From the NCBI GenBank assembly GCA_037447605.1, contig CM074819.1:1634297-1698296 (forward strand): 64,000 nt of DNA. Direction: 5' to 3'. Both the position numbers and the translations under genes were made by a program. Below, piece by piece: positions 1 through 11,876 of the stretch; position 1 is the first letter of the stretch; every line of letters begins with the position of its first letter. This stretch comes from Zygnema circumcarinatum SAG 698-1b. Lineage: Eukaryota > Plantae > Zygnematophyceae. Under the pieces are notes generated by a model that was given only the letters and a program-made list of their open reading frames with translations, searched no databases and was not told the origin of the DNA.

Positions 1-1942
1 AGCCCATCAAGCTCGTAAAGGACCCCATTGACAGGCAAGTAGCTGATGAAGTGGTAGACATCATCATCCTTCTCTCCCTGCTTTGTTTCCTCCGCTACAA
101 TTGCTTCCGGTCGAGCAAAACTGTTATGAGCTGTTCGAATTGCTTCACTGTTATTGATCGCAAGCCCCCTCAGCTCTGGAGAAAAATCTTTGGTGAACTC
201 TCGCAGAGCATTCAGCTCCGGACCGATTTCAATTTGCTGACAATTCATTAGGATGGAGAGAATGGCTTGCGTAGCGCATGCATTGTTTATTACCTGAACA
301 GAAAAAGCAGGACAGCAGATACTTTCTTAATTATGTGCAATCACTTCCATGGAGTTCGCATGCGAAACTTAATCCGTTTTTTCTACGGATATCTACTTCT
401 GCAGTTACTGTGATAGAACTGCAGTTGAGCTGATGGTTAAACTGCATACAGACCTGACTTGCAAAGAAAAGGCCACTGCTGCTGAAGTCCTTAAGAACAG
501 GACGAGTGTCGGTTTCACCGGGACGCCACTTGAATAAGAATACAAGGCCATAGACAGGGCTGCACACAAACAGGTGAAACAGACTTGGCATAAGTGCAAA
601 GAGGAAAACTAAGAAGCTCCAAAGGCTGCATCATTTAGCTCTCCTCTTTCTCTGAGCCCTTCTGCGTGTCTTTTTCAGCATCTGCTGTTAATCTGGCCGA
701 ATTCGTGTTTATGATGATAGTTGTTACCAATTGGAAAGCTACTCCATATGCAAACTATCACTAAACATGAGGTTACCTGTTTTGAGGATTACCTGAGCTG
801 CTCCAACATATCCAGGTCTAAACTGTAGAGCTCCTCCACCTGTAATCTCACAATACAGGTAACCTCATGCATTGGACTGCTGATTCTCACAGAACAGAAG
901 AGCAAGAAGCTTCACATGTTTGGCAAGCACAGGCAAGATGTTGTTTCCTGTGCAACAAAAGTTGGCGTTTTTTTAGTGAATGACATTCAGCATTCAGAAA
1001 GCTGCACGATGAATATTTATGAGGGTCTCCTCTACAATGGATTTTCCATACAAGAATTGGAGAGACAACGGGGTACCTGAACTCCTTTCACTTGCATTTG
1101 CTGAATCAATTCCGTAAAGACACCTGCAAATTGGGTTAAAGAGAATTCCATCAATTCTTTAACTAAACACAAGAATCCCAATATTGAAGGGCCAAACAAA
1201 AATATTGGCATGTGTGCATGCGCTAGTTGGGCCATAGATGTGATTATTTAGTGAAAGAGGAAAGAAATTCCTCTTAGATTTCCCCAGTATAAAAAATAGG
1301 GGCATTCTTCTACACCAGGCTCAATTGCATTGAAGAAGTAGACTCCAAAAAACAAGGATTGCTTCAGAATGCCTAAACCTAAACTGCTTTTAAAATTGGT
1401 CTTCAGAAATAAAGAATAACCCGTTCAATCCAAATGTATGCGCCCTAAAATTGACAAACAGCCCTCTGTTTGATATTGGAACATTTCAGAGGCTGTCATT
1501 GAAAACCATTACAGGAAAAGCAGTTCTTTAAACTCCAAAGGAATGAAAGAAGGCGATGAACTCTTTCTGTCAAATTTTCCAACGAATTTGAACCATTGAT
1601 TTGTATTTTCGATAATAATATGCGTAATATCTTAATTATTTTTGAAATTGCAGGTAAAGGGAGCAAATTATCGCACATACTACACATCCGAATGTTGGAA
1701 TAAAAGAAGCGGGAGAGGGAATAGAGGAGAGGGAGTGAGATTTTGTGGAACGGGAGAAAGCGAAAGCAAGAGAGGAAGGAGGTCTAAACGAGAGGAAAAA
1801 TGAGAAAGTGCAGCGAGGGGTAGAGAGAGAGAGAGCGCGAGAGAGAGAGTAAGAGAGAAAGAGAGAAAGAGAAAAAAAATAGACAGAGAGAGGGAGAGAG
1901 AGAGAGCTTACCAGGGTCCGACTCGATAGTACACCAAGACAT
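1..1942 (-). CDS. Ubiquitin C-terminal hydrolase, UCH37/UCHL5 (plant UCH1/2) type; 3' end runs off the window
   Basis: Exons 1912-1942, 1077-1123, 793-839, 454-559, 1-293 splice in frame (GT-AG). Product: [34 protein letters not shown]...[11 protein letters not shown]...[20 protein letters not shown]...[18 protein letters not shown]. Catalytic Cys (NACAT), His (YHF) and Asp (ELDG) motifs of peptidase C12 are present. Confidence 0.95.
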
Positions 1943-2441
1943 GGCTGCCGCAGCTTCCTTCTCTCCCTCCTCTCCACTCCTCTCTATCCCTTTCAGCAAA
2001 GTATCCCCATAGTTCCTCCTCACTCGTTGCCAGCGATCCACCTTTACTTGATCAACCGATGACGTGGATCCACACTCCTCCGCCGTCACAAACGTTGACC
2101 TTCCGCACGTTGATTCCGCCAAAAGCACCGGTGATCCTGGGCGTACTTCAGCGATCTACCTCACCATCACCCAGATGAACCAGATCCACATCGTTTTAAC
2201 CCTTTTTCCTGGTGGATCCAACTTCGAAATGTAGATCTCTTTCCAAGGTTCAGTCCCAGTCCCTAGTATGGTTCGTCGAACGCAAACCAATCACAGGTCG
2301 CCACTTCATCAAAATGAACACGTGGCAGTCCATGATTGGCCTACACTCAACACTAATTGAATGGTACCTTTGGAGATCAGAGGAAGAGACCCTTTCTTCC
2401 TGCTGAAAGGAGCTTCTCCTACTTCTTGAGGGAAGGAATCC

Positions 2442-4236
2442 ATGGCGGAAGGAAAGGAGGAGGAGGAGCCTGTGCAGGGGTCTCCCGGATCCTCAAAGCG
2501 CCATGAATCTGACGCGGGGAAGGAGGAGAGAGCCGCAAGAAGGCGGCGCATACTTGAGCGCGGCTCGCAGCGTCTCGCTTACATTACAGGGGAGGTGGCG
2601 GCTCTCCCTGCAGGTTAGAGCGGGTTTTCTTATTAATTTTCTTTTCTGGATTCTGAGTCGCCTTAAGTTTTTATGTAATCGGTGGGGTTTTTTTTTCATA
2701 ATTTTTTGGGTTTCTCGGTTTTTAGGGTTTGTTTGGATGAGGGCATTAGGGGTCAGCCAAATTAGGGTTTGCAGGAGCTGGGGAGACTTGCTCGGAGGAT
2801 TTCGTCTGTGGGATAATTTTTAACTTAAATTGATAGGGTGTGCATGAATTATTGTTGTTCTTATCAATATTAGTTTTCTCTTGTTATTCGTATTGGTATT
2901 ATTCTCGTCACTCTTTTCCTGGTACATTGATGCGTACAACCACATTTTTATACTTGAGAGGAGGACTCTTTCAGGCCACTTGAAACTTGTTGGGTTTGTT
3001 ATGGTCTAGGATTCGCCCTCTAGCGGTCATTTGTATACATAAATTCATGATGAAACTTTACTTTCTCTTTGACATCTGCTTTCGCCTGCATTAATTGAGA
3101 TGGGTCACAAACTATATAGTAAGTGAAAAGAAATGCCTTGCTCCTCTTGGCTTCTCGTCCTTCTCTTGCTGATGATTTTATCTATTGTGGCTTAGTGTTG
3201 TTCTTGCTGATGGACTTTTTTTTCCTTCTTGTCTGCAGGAGGGCAAACTTCGCCAGCATTAACTCCCAGCAAGGAGCCATCCCCTTCTAACTTCTCTCCT
3301 GGGTTTCAAACTTTTTCCCCAGGAAGCTCAAGCCCTCCATTCTTAACTCCCCCTTCAAGCTCTCGCTCGGCAAGACATGTTGCTCAAAATGCAGAGACTT
3401 TAGGGGTCGATTTGGGAATACAAGGTGAGGTTAGAGAGGGAGGACAAGGGGAAGGAATCTCGTCAAGAGTTAACACAACTCCCCTCTCATCTAGTTTTCA
3501 ACAAAGCGTCAGTCCGACACATTCATTTGAAAATAGCCCTCCATTGGCCAACTTGCTTGGTGAATTCCGATCTGCGAAGCGTCTTTTTGCAAATGAGTTG
3601 CAGACGCAGAGTTCAAGGAGTGTACAGGCATTGCGGAGTGAAGCACCACCAAGGAAAAGCATGGAGACTCCCTTGCAGGATCGCCAAGGTGAAGGAAGGA
3701 GGAAGGTGATATTGGGAAGTATTGCAGAGGCCTTTGAAGTTCCTGCTATCAACAAAGCAGTTGATGCCACTGAAGGCATACGAATCTTCCTCTCTGTTCT
3801 TGTGGCACTGATATCCTTAGCCCAGCTGCTGTCTGCTACCTGCGATTTGCCGGGTTCTCACATTTTCCGCCTACTAGTCAACCCTTTCCCTCTCCTCTCT
3901 GTGCTGCTAACCAGCTTCGCAGTAGTGATGGGTATGCTGTTTGTGAAATACCAGTTCAAAAAACCCATCACCCCATCACCTCCATATTCCAGCAGTATTC
4001 CTCTTCAAGCAGGTGGGCTGAAGGAGAGGATAGGGTCTGATTTCAGCTCAGAAGATGACGACCCGGTGAAAGCACTTGAGGGCCTTTTGGAGAAGCTTCA
4101 AGGGACGATGGGGCGGGGCATGCTGATGCTCAAGGTCTCGCGGAGCCTCATGGTAGACGTGTGCTTCTATGTGGTGGCAGTGGGGTGCGGGAAGTCCCTA
4201 ATGGATTGGTTGGCGCCACACTGCGTTTCACAATGA
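2442..4236 (+). CDS. GET2/CAML-like (plant G1IP-like) tail-anchored protein insertase subunit
   Basis: Exon 2442-2613 (MAEGKEEE...ERAARRRRILERGSQRLAYITG) joins exon 3239-4236 in phase 1. The N-terminal RRRxI-xx-GSxRLAxITG basic motif and three C-terminal hydrophobic segments (IRIFLSVLVALISLAQLL; PLLSVLLTSFAVVMGMLF; LMVDVCFYVVAVGCG) match my recollection of plant GET2. Confidence 0.75.
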
Positions 4237-4509
4237 AAGGGTTCAGGATGGCGTCCCGGTGTGAAGGGTTTGGCGAAGTGCATGGTCCCTTGTTGGTCAT
4301 GAAAACATGGTTTCCTTGCAAACATTGGCAATGGTGGCTGCAGGGAAGCGAGAGGGGGAGGGAGAGGAGGAGGGGGGAGAAAAGGGGCGAGGTAGGAAGG
4401 GGGGAGAGAGGGGAGAGAGGGGAGAGAATGGAGAGGGGGTGGGAAGAGGGGTTTTTTCATTGTGGAACAGAACGATGAGGGATTCTCTTAGATACAGCTA
4501 TGCATAGGT

Positions 4510-4680
4510 CAACATGAACAGCACAAATGTAAACATGAAAAAGAACAACATGAATGTGAACACGAACAATATGAACATGAATGGCAGGAACATTACCATG
4601 TTTAACATTAGCTTGAACAACATGACATGAACATGAACCATGAACACCAAAAGCAGGAACCTGAAACCTGATGTGCATGA
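4510..4680. repeat. Degenerate (AACATG)n hexamer microsatellite
   Basis: Repeated aacatg/aacatgaac units visible. Confidence 0.7.
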
Positions 4681-5229
4681 AGTCAGGAGAGGGCCCTCGT
4701 TGGTAAGACCTAGAAATGGGAGACCTTCATGACAAATGATTACCACGTGTTGTAAGTCTACTGCTATTGCTGAGGAATAGTAAAAAAAACCGACTCGAAA
4801 AAAGAACCATCAATGGATCACTACCAAGCAGACCAACATTCACATGTCGCACATGAATCCGCTCCATGGAAGCCGGTCAATGATGTGGCAGCCACGTGGG
4901 CGCCCGGTCAGCAAAGCGAGCCTTCATGGAACCCGAAAACGCGTCGCATACGACGGCGAAACTGTCCATGGAACCGCGGCCTGAGCGGGCCGAGGCGGCT
5001 GTATGTTCGTGCGGACGCTACTGTCAACTGACGCATAGATCCGCCACAAGCCAAATTGTTCAACTCTTAATTCGGGCCGCAACACGACAAACCTCCCCCG
5101 AAACGTTCTAGAAAGTTCCATGGACGGTCGTACGATACTGACCGTTGACTTTTGGTCAGAAAGAGACAAACAAGGCTGCCGTGCAAGATTCATCAAGATT
5201 CACTCGTCCCCTTTGAGGATATTTTGAAA

Positions 5230-5470
5230 TATCCACCGACAACAGGTTGAATCCACCGACATTGTGACAGGCTCCAACAGAATCCACCGATATTGAAAAA
5301 TAACCACCGACATTGTGACCGAATTCACCGTCATTCTAAAAGATTTACCGACATTTGAAAAGATCAACCGACATTTGTCAAGATCCACCGACATTTTTTG
5401 AGGGTCTACCGACATTTACCAGCTCCTTTGAAAGATCCACCGACATCATTTGAGGTCTACCGACATTTCA
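5230..5470 (+). promoter_or_regulatory. Tandem ACCGAC (DRE/CRT core) array upstream of the RING gene
   Basis: About 9 ACCGAC copies, mostly at ~20-40 bp spacing. Exact TACCGACAT 9-mers at 5346, 5407 and 5458. Confidence 0.45.
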
Positions 5471-5710
5471 ACAACTTTTTGGAGGTGTCGTACTGAACCG
5501 GCCACGCCGGCCGGTCCCGTAATCGACAAATTAGATGCCGTTTACAGCAGCGGGGCTACTGACCAAACCGCTAACCGTCATAACGGCTGAGGCCAACCGC
5601 TTCCCGCCGGCCGTTAGTCCCGGTTTTACCTATATTTCCCGGGGACCCTTTTTCTTGGGCAGCCGAACTCGAGGGCGGCTCAAGGGAAGGGAGGCGAAAT
5701 TTCTTCATTC

Positions 5711-8635
5711 GTGATGGGGTCGGGGGGGGAAGCACGTGGGGAGGGCTATGAAGGGTTGGGGCTGAGGGAGGGGAGGGGAGGGGAGGGGTTGGGAGGGGGG
5801 GATGGGAGAGGGAGGAGGGGGGAGGGGAGGGAGAGGAGGGAGAGGGAGAGGGGGGGGAGGAGGGAGAGAGGGCCGATGGGGAGAATGGAGGAGAGGGTAG
5901 GGAGGAGAGGGGGAGGAGAGTGGGAGGAGGAGGGGGATAGGGAGGAGGAGGAAGAGGGTGGAAAGGAAGGAGGAGAAGGAAGAAATGGGCTCAGAATTTC
6001 TGAAAGGAAAGGAGGGAGCATTCAACGTAACGGAAGATACGTGGTCGGGAGAGACGGTTTACCGTTAAAAAATAGCAGAAGAGCAGGAACAGATAACGGC
6101 TCAAGGAGAGAATCTCAAGTTTCCTATCCTCCTCCCCTCCCTCCCAACACCTCTCCTTACACTCCCCCTTCCCCGCCCACCGCCCCTCTCACTTTCCCCT
6201 CTCCCACCCCCCCTCCTCCCCTCCCCCCTCACAACCCCACTCTCCCCCTCTCCTCTCTCTCTCTCCCTCCCTCCTGCACTGCCATGAACCACACCTTCCC
6301 CCCCTATTTTGCCACTCCTTTTTCCCAAGAACCCCTTTTCTGTATCTCCGATGCTCTCTCACAAGCTCTCGCAAATCCTGTCTCCGTCTCCAACGCTCTT
6401 TCACCCCCCATAACTCGCCCCTTTGCTCCTCCAGTAGCTAAAATGTACAACCGCTCCAATCTAAGCACTCCCGCTCTCAAGCATGGAGGAGGGGGTCAGG
6501 GCTCAGGGTTCAGCTCCCAGAGGGGAGAATTCTACTCCCATGGGGGTAATGGAAAACCCAATTCAAATTTTCCCGCTAACCCTAATTTTCCGCATCCCAT
6601 GAGTAGGTCCCTACTTGGAGCCCTCATGCATCCTACGGTAGCTTTTCCGGGGCCATTTCCGGGGCTCGCTATGGCTTATATGATGGCTCAGAATTCGGAC
6701 AATGTGGGAGAAGAGAGAGAGAGAGGGGATTTTGGGAGGAACTCCCGCTCGCCCTCTCCCTCTCCCTTGCCAACTACGGGGAATTCAATGCCAGAAAGGC
6801 CTTTCCCTTCTCCTTCTCCGTCTCCTCCTCCTCCTCCTCCTCCTCCTCCTCCTCCTCCTCCTCCCCCTCCTCCTCCTCTTCCTTCACTTCCTCCCCCTCC
6901 TCTTCTCTCTTCTCCTGCTCTCCCTTGGCCTCCTTCCGTTACCTCTGCGACATCTTGTCTTTCTGCGGAAGGCATGGACAGCAAGGCTGCAGCTGACGAA
7001 TGGGAGAAGGAATCATCTCTAGCGGTGAAGTCTCTCCCCACTCCTCCCACTACTCCCCCCTCCTCTCCCAATCCTCCTACCCCCATCTCAGCCTCTCCCA
7101 ACCCTCCGAAACCCCAACTGTCTAAAACCCAATTCGCCCCAGATGTTGACCCTAAAGTGAAATCATTGAAAAAGTCAAGTTCGAGCAAGTTGAAGCAAGC
7201 CACCTCTCTCTCTCCTCTATTCTCCGCCTCCCACCATCCCCAACTTCCGGACACTCTCTCTCCCCTTATCCCTTTTTCAAGTAGCCGGCCATGGCCTCTT
7301 GCCTCTCCCTCAAGTCCCTTTAAAGACGGCATGGAAGCTCCGAGGACCCCCCAAGCTCACCCTCTCTCACCCTTCCCTCAAGCATTTTCTTTCCAATTGC
7401 AAAAGGCTCTGTTTCGAGCATGCAGCCCAACTTCCCAAACAAGTAAATCTGTCCTATCTCCCAAGAATTCAAACGAACCCAGAAAGGGTTTTCCTTTTAG
7501 TAACAGCGCCTTCTTCTCCGACCGGAGTTCTCCCAAGAATGGATCTCCAAGGTGCTCTTTCCCCTTAATTCCGAAGTCTGCCATACTTCAGAAGACCCAA
7601 GTTTCTGAAGAGAAGGGGACTTCTATCTGCAGTAGCAAGGATCTGTTTAGTGAGAGTGGCTCGGACTTAACCAATTTTGAGAAGGGGCTTGAGAACGCTC
7701 CGCCGGCAGTTGACGGAGGCAGAGAGAAGAGCAAGACTCCGGCTCAGAGAGTGAGTTGTCTCCCTATGGGAGGGTACCGACAAACCGCAATTCGACCAGA
7801 ATTAGCAAGTTTGGGAGGGGCTCGGCAGGGAGACAGCCACATTCTAGGTAAAGCCATGCTTTCACAAACTCCAAGAGTGAATCCATGGTGGTCGAATTCC
7901 GGGAGATCGGCGATGCATGATGGGAGCTATGGCCATGTCCATGGTCCTAGTCGTGACGGTTATGGTAACGCTCATGTCCATAGTCTTGTTCAACATGATG
8001 TTGGACATGGTCATGGTCATGATGTGGGGGAGATTCAACCATGGCTTCAAGATGGGGAGACAAATGGGACCCCACATTTCGAAAACTATATGTCAACCAA
8101 GAGGCTCCAAAAATCCAAGCATTTGGAGAGCCTCAAAACTTCAAGAGGCCCAGTTATGGACCCGAGGAAGGTGGGGAGTGGTAGTAGCATCCTCGGAACC
8201 CCTCACCTCCCTCCTCCTCTCCCTCCTCCTCTCCCCCCTCCTCTTCCTCCTACCTCTCACTCCCACGAGCAAAGCAGGTGGAGGGGGCAAAATCCGGCTG
8301 AGCCGTATGGAGGATTTTTCGGATTTGAGGTGGGGGGGAACAGTGTACAGAGCTTAATGCCTGGTGAGGAAGGAGTGGCGTGGGAGGGCCATGGCGGGGA
8401 GTGGGACAGAGAGAGGGAGAGGGAGAGGGAGCGGGAGAGGGAGAGGGAGAGAGAGAGAAAGGGAGATGTTCCTATTGATTCATGTTCAGTGTGTATGGAT
8501 GGACCTCCGGAGGCAGGTTTCATTCCCTGCTCTCACAGAGTGTGTCAGAAATGTGCTCTCACTCACTTCCGGACTAAGGCTTGCTGTCGGCTCTGTGATG
8601 CGCCTGTGGGAGGGATTTTCAGTTTACTTCTGTAA
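5711..8635 (+). CDS. Low-complexity Pro/Ser-rich protein with C-terminal RING-HC (C3HC4) finger, putative E3 ligase
   Basis: 974-aa uninterrupted ORF ending CSVCMDGPPEAGFIPCSHRVCQKCALTHFRTKACCRLC. The true start is uncertain. Confidence 0.8.
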   Translation: MMGSGGEARGEGYEGLGLREGRGGEGLGGGDGRGRRGEGRERRERERGGRRERGPMGRMEERVGRRGGGEWEEEGDREEEEEGGKEGGEGRNGLRISERKGGSIQRNGRYVVGRDGLPLKNSRRAGTDNGSRRESQVSYPPPLPPNTSPYTPPSPPTAPLTFPSPTPPPPLPPHNPTLPLSSLSLPPSCTAMNHTFPPYFATPFSQEPLFCISDALSQALANPVSVSNALSPPITRPFAPPVAKMYNRSNLSTPALKHGGGGQGSGFSSQRGEFYSHGGNGKPNSNFPANPNFPHPMSRSLLGALMHPTVAFPGPFPGLAMAYMMAQNSDNVGEERERGDFGRNSRSPSPSPLPTTGNSMPERPFPSPSPSPPPPPPPPPPPPPPPPPPLPSLPPPPLLSSPALPWPPSVTSATSCLSAEGMDSKAAADEWEKESSLAVKSLPTPPTTPPSSPNPPTPISASPNPPKPQLSKTQFAPDVDPKVKSLKKSSSSKLKQATSLSPLFSASHHPQLPDTLSPLIPFSSSRPWPLASPSSPFKDGMEAPRTPQAHPLSPFPQAFSFQLQKALFRACSPTSQTSKSVLSPKNSNEPRKGFPFSNSAFFSDRSSPKNGSPRCSFPLIPKSAILQKTQVSEEKGTSICSSKDLFSESGSDLTNFEKGLENAPPAVDGGREKSKTPAQRVSCLPMGGYRQTAIRPELASLGGARQGDSHILGKAMLSQTPRVNPWWSNSGRSAMHDGSYGHVHGPSRDGYGNAHVHSLVQHDVGHGHGHDVGEIQPWLQDGETNGTPHFENYMSTKRLQKSKHLESLKTSRGPVMDPRKVGSGSSILGTPHLPPPLPPPLPPPLPPTSHSHEQSRWRGQNPAEPYGGFFGFEVGGNSVQSLMPGEEGVAWEGHGGEWDRERERERERERERERERKGDVPIDSCSVCMDGPPEAGFIPCSHRVCQKCALTHFRTKACCRLCDAPVGGIFSLLL

Positions 8636-9787
8636 AACTGTAAACTGTAACATTAAGGTGTACTTTACGAAGAATGTGTCATTTGAATTTAATTCTTTTG
8701 CTTTTGCTTTTGAAATTAGCTCAATTGAATTTGTGGACTGTTTGACAATTTAGAGTTAGCTCTGATTGCCTCGATCGCTCACTTTCGGGTTTTTGGAATT
8801 TAGGGTTTGATGATTCCCAAGAAACCTGTGTTTAGCAGGTTAAGGGGAAGATTATAGGAACCCCAAAGTCTCTAAAAAACTTGGGTGTTAGTTTGTGGCG
8901 AGGGCGAGCTTGCAGTTTTAGTTGTACACTAGTTTTCGTCATTGCATTGAATTCATTTTTTTTGAATTTTTTTTGTTGGGCAGTCAGCGGCTGCAAGCGC
9001 AGGAGTAGGTTCAACTGAGGATTCTTTTTGCGTGCAGAGAACACAATCTTTTATATTTGATTTTTGTGTACCACTGGATTCACATTATGTCAATTAAAAT
9101 TGATTTTTTTGTTCTATCGCTTTATCATTTCTTTTTTTTCTTATGCTATGATTGTTGCTCACGTTGTCGCCAACTGGCGGTCTCTCCAAAAACCATAAAA
9201 ATCTTAAATTTCAAATTCCCTGAAGTCCCTAAATATTCTAAACTGTCAGAGAACTTCACAGCTCCAAAACCTTAAAACCCTTAAAAGAAAAAAATTGAGT
9301 CAATGCTTCGGTAGCTTGATTATTCGCAAGCGCGATATCGAAAGCGGATGAACTCAATTAAAGCTAAAACATCCAAACGGGAAATATAAACAAAGCAACT
9401 TAGGGAGGGGCTATCTGATCACTGCCTACTTTAGAGACAAAGCTGAGATTAAAACCAATGTGGTGAGCGAGAGAGCGAGAGAGTGAGAGAGGAACAGAGG
9501 TTGACGGAAAGGGTGCGAGTAGGGAGAGAGAGAGAGGAAGGGAGATGGGAGGCAGGGAAGGGAGAGGGAGAGGGATGGAGGATGAGAGGGAGGGTGAAGG
9601 AGAGGGCGCGAGCGAGAAATAGGGGGACAGCGCGAAAGTGAGGATACAGAAGTGGAGGTAGATGGAAAGGGTGAATAGCGGAGGAAAAGAGGGAGAGAGA
9701 GAGAGACGGATTGAGAGAGAGAAAGAGAGGGAGAGAGAGAGACAGAGAGAGAGAGCGCGCGAGCGAGAGAGGGGGAGAGAGAGATGC

Positions 9788-11834
9788 CTATGAAAGTAAT
9801 CGATAATCGCTCAGTTTCCGCTGGTCGATGACCCGTCTGTTCTTTTTGCTGAGCATGAGCATGTCGTCAAACTCTGCGTTCCATACAATGTCTCCGTCCA
9901 CGACGCTGTAGTGCTGCACATGGAACACGGACTGCATGGAGGATCGCTCGAGGCCCACCTGAGGGAGGGAGGGAGAGACAGAGAGTGAGAGGGAGAGAGA
10001 GAGAGAGAGGGAGAGAGATAGAGAAGAGAGGGAGGAGAGGAGGCCCCGGGTTTGCCATGTCCGATGAATTTAGCGAAAACATGCTAGAATTGAAGATTTA
10101 GAGAAAGGAGTAGAGATTAAACAATGTATAGAACCAACCATGAAGATCAAGATAATCTGATGTGCACGGATCAAGATCAACGCTGCTGAGCCAGGTGGTT
10201 TTGGCGTAGGTTAGGTCAGATCAAGGTCAGGTCAAGTCAGGTCAAGATCAGGTCAAGTCAGGTCAAGTCAAGTTCGGTCAAGGCCGGCCCACCACGCTGA
10301 GCGAGAAGATCGCGTCCTCGCGGAGGAGGTCCTCGCGGGTCCTTCGGAGGAGCGGGCTGGTCTCGTCGATGACGTGGCGCACGAGCATGCCGTGCGTCTG
10401 ATAGGCTATCTCCGGGCGGACCTGCGCCGCGCCGTGGTACAGCTGTCGGGTTATCAGCCATACCCGCCATGCAGGGGATGCCATGCATGCATGCCATGCC
10501 ATGCCATGCAAAGGATGCCATACATGCCATGCCATATTCTCCCTAAGAGACTATACCACACATATTCTGTCATACATGCCCTGCCTTAGATGTCATGCGA
10601 TGCATCTCATACCTCACATAACAAGTCATACATACCATGGGACCGGACATCCCATGTCATCCATACCTTGCCATGCGACACATACCATGCGTGCTCACAC
10701 ATACATCTCCAAAGAAAACCCAAAAGCCCATACCAAAAATGTCCTTAACTCCATACCAAACCCACAACTCTACCAATCCAATCTCTCCCCATCCACCCCC
10801 AATCCTCAAAGAACGCTCCTTACCGACAAAAACCCACAATTCAATGAACTTCCTTGTCCAAAACCCAACTCTCTTTCAGACCCAAAAGAGAAGCGAGGAG
10901 GCTTATATCCTCACCAACTTCAACGACTGCTGAGCTCGAAAGTATGACCCCGACCTCGTGACAGTATTGTATCGGAATGTGAGGTCCACTTTCACGTCGA
11001 CGAGTTCGGACGGCTGCGGCCCCGTGAGGACGTATCGGCACATGAGGACACTCCTCGTGGTTTCGCTGCGATATCGGCGACGGCCGGAGGGAGGGCAGAC
11101 AAGGGCCACGGAGGCACAGCGGATGGGCTGGGAAGGCTGAGAGAGGCGGGCGAATACTGCAGAACAATGGGATAGCAGGATGAGGGAAGGAGGGAGGGAG
11201 GGAGGGAGGAGGAGGGAGGGAGGAGGGAGGGAGGGGGGAGGGAGGGGGGAGGGAGGGAGGAGGGGGAGGGAGGGGGGGAGGGAGGGAGGGGGGAGGGGGA
11301 GGGAGGGAGGGAGGGAGGGAGGGAGGAGGGAGGAGGGAGGGAGGAGGGGGAGGGAGGGGGGGGAGGGAGGGGGGGAGGGAGGGGTGGAGGGAGGGAGGGA
11401 GGGGGGAGGGAGGGAGGGGGGAGGGAGGGAGGGCGGGAGGGGGGAGGAGAGAGGGTGGTGAAGGGAGAAAAGGAGGGAAGGAGGGGGATTTAATGTAGAA
11501 ACAATGTTGAGGCTTTGAGTGATGGGGTTGGATGATGGATTTAGACATGGGTACTGAGGGAGGGGAGCTGAGGAGGAGGCTCAGAGATGGAGAGAGACAC
11601 AGGGGCGGGGGTGGTTAGGGAGGATGGAGGGAGGGACAGGGGTATGGAGGGAAGAAACGTATGGGGTAGAGAGGAAAGTGGAAGAAGTGGGGGATGGAGG
11701 AAGAAAACGAAAGAGAGCGAATGTACGAGGAAAGAGAACGAGAGTGTGAGTGAGTGGGGAGAGAGGGAGAGCAGGCCGCCGGGAAAAAAACGGGGAATAC
11801 AAAGGAAGACGAGGAGGAAGAGGGAGAGGGAGAG

Positions 11835-11876
<42 letters not shown>

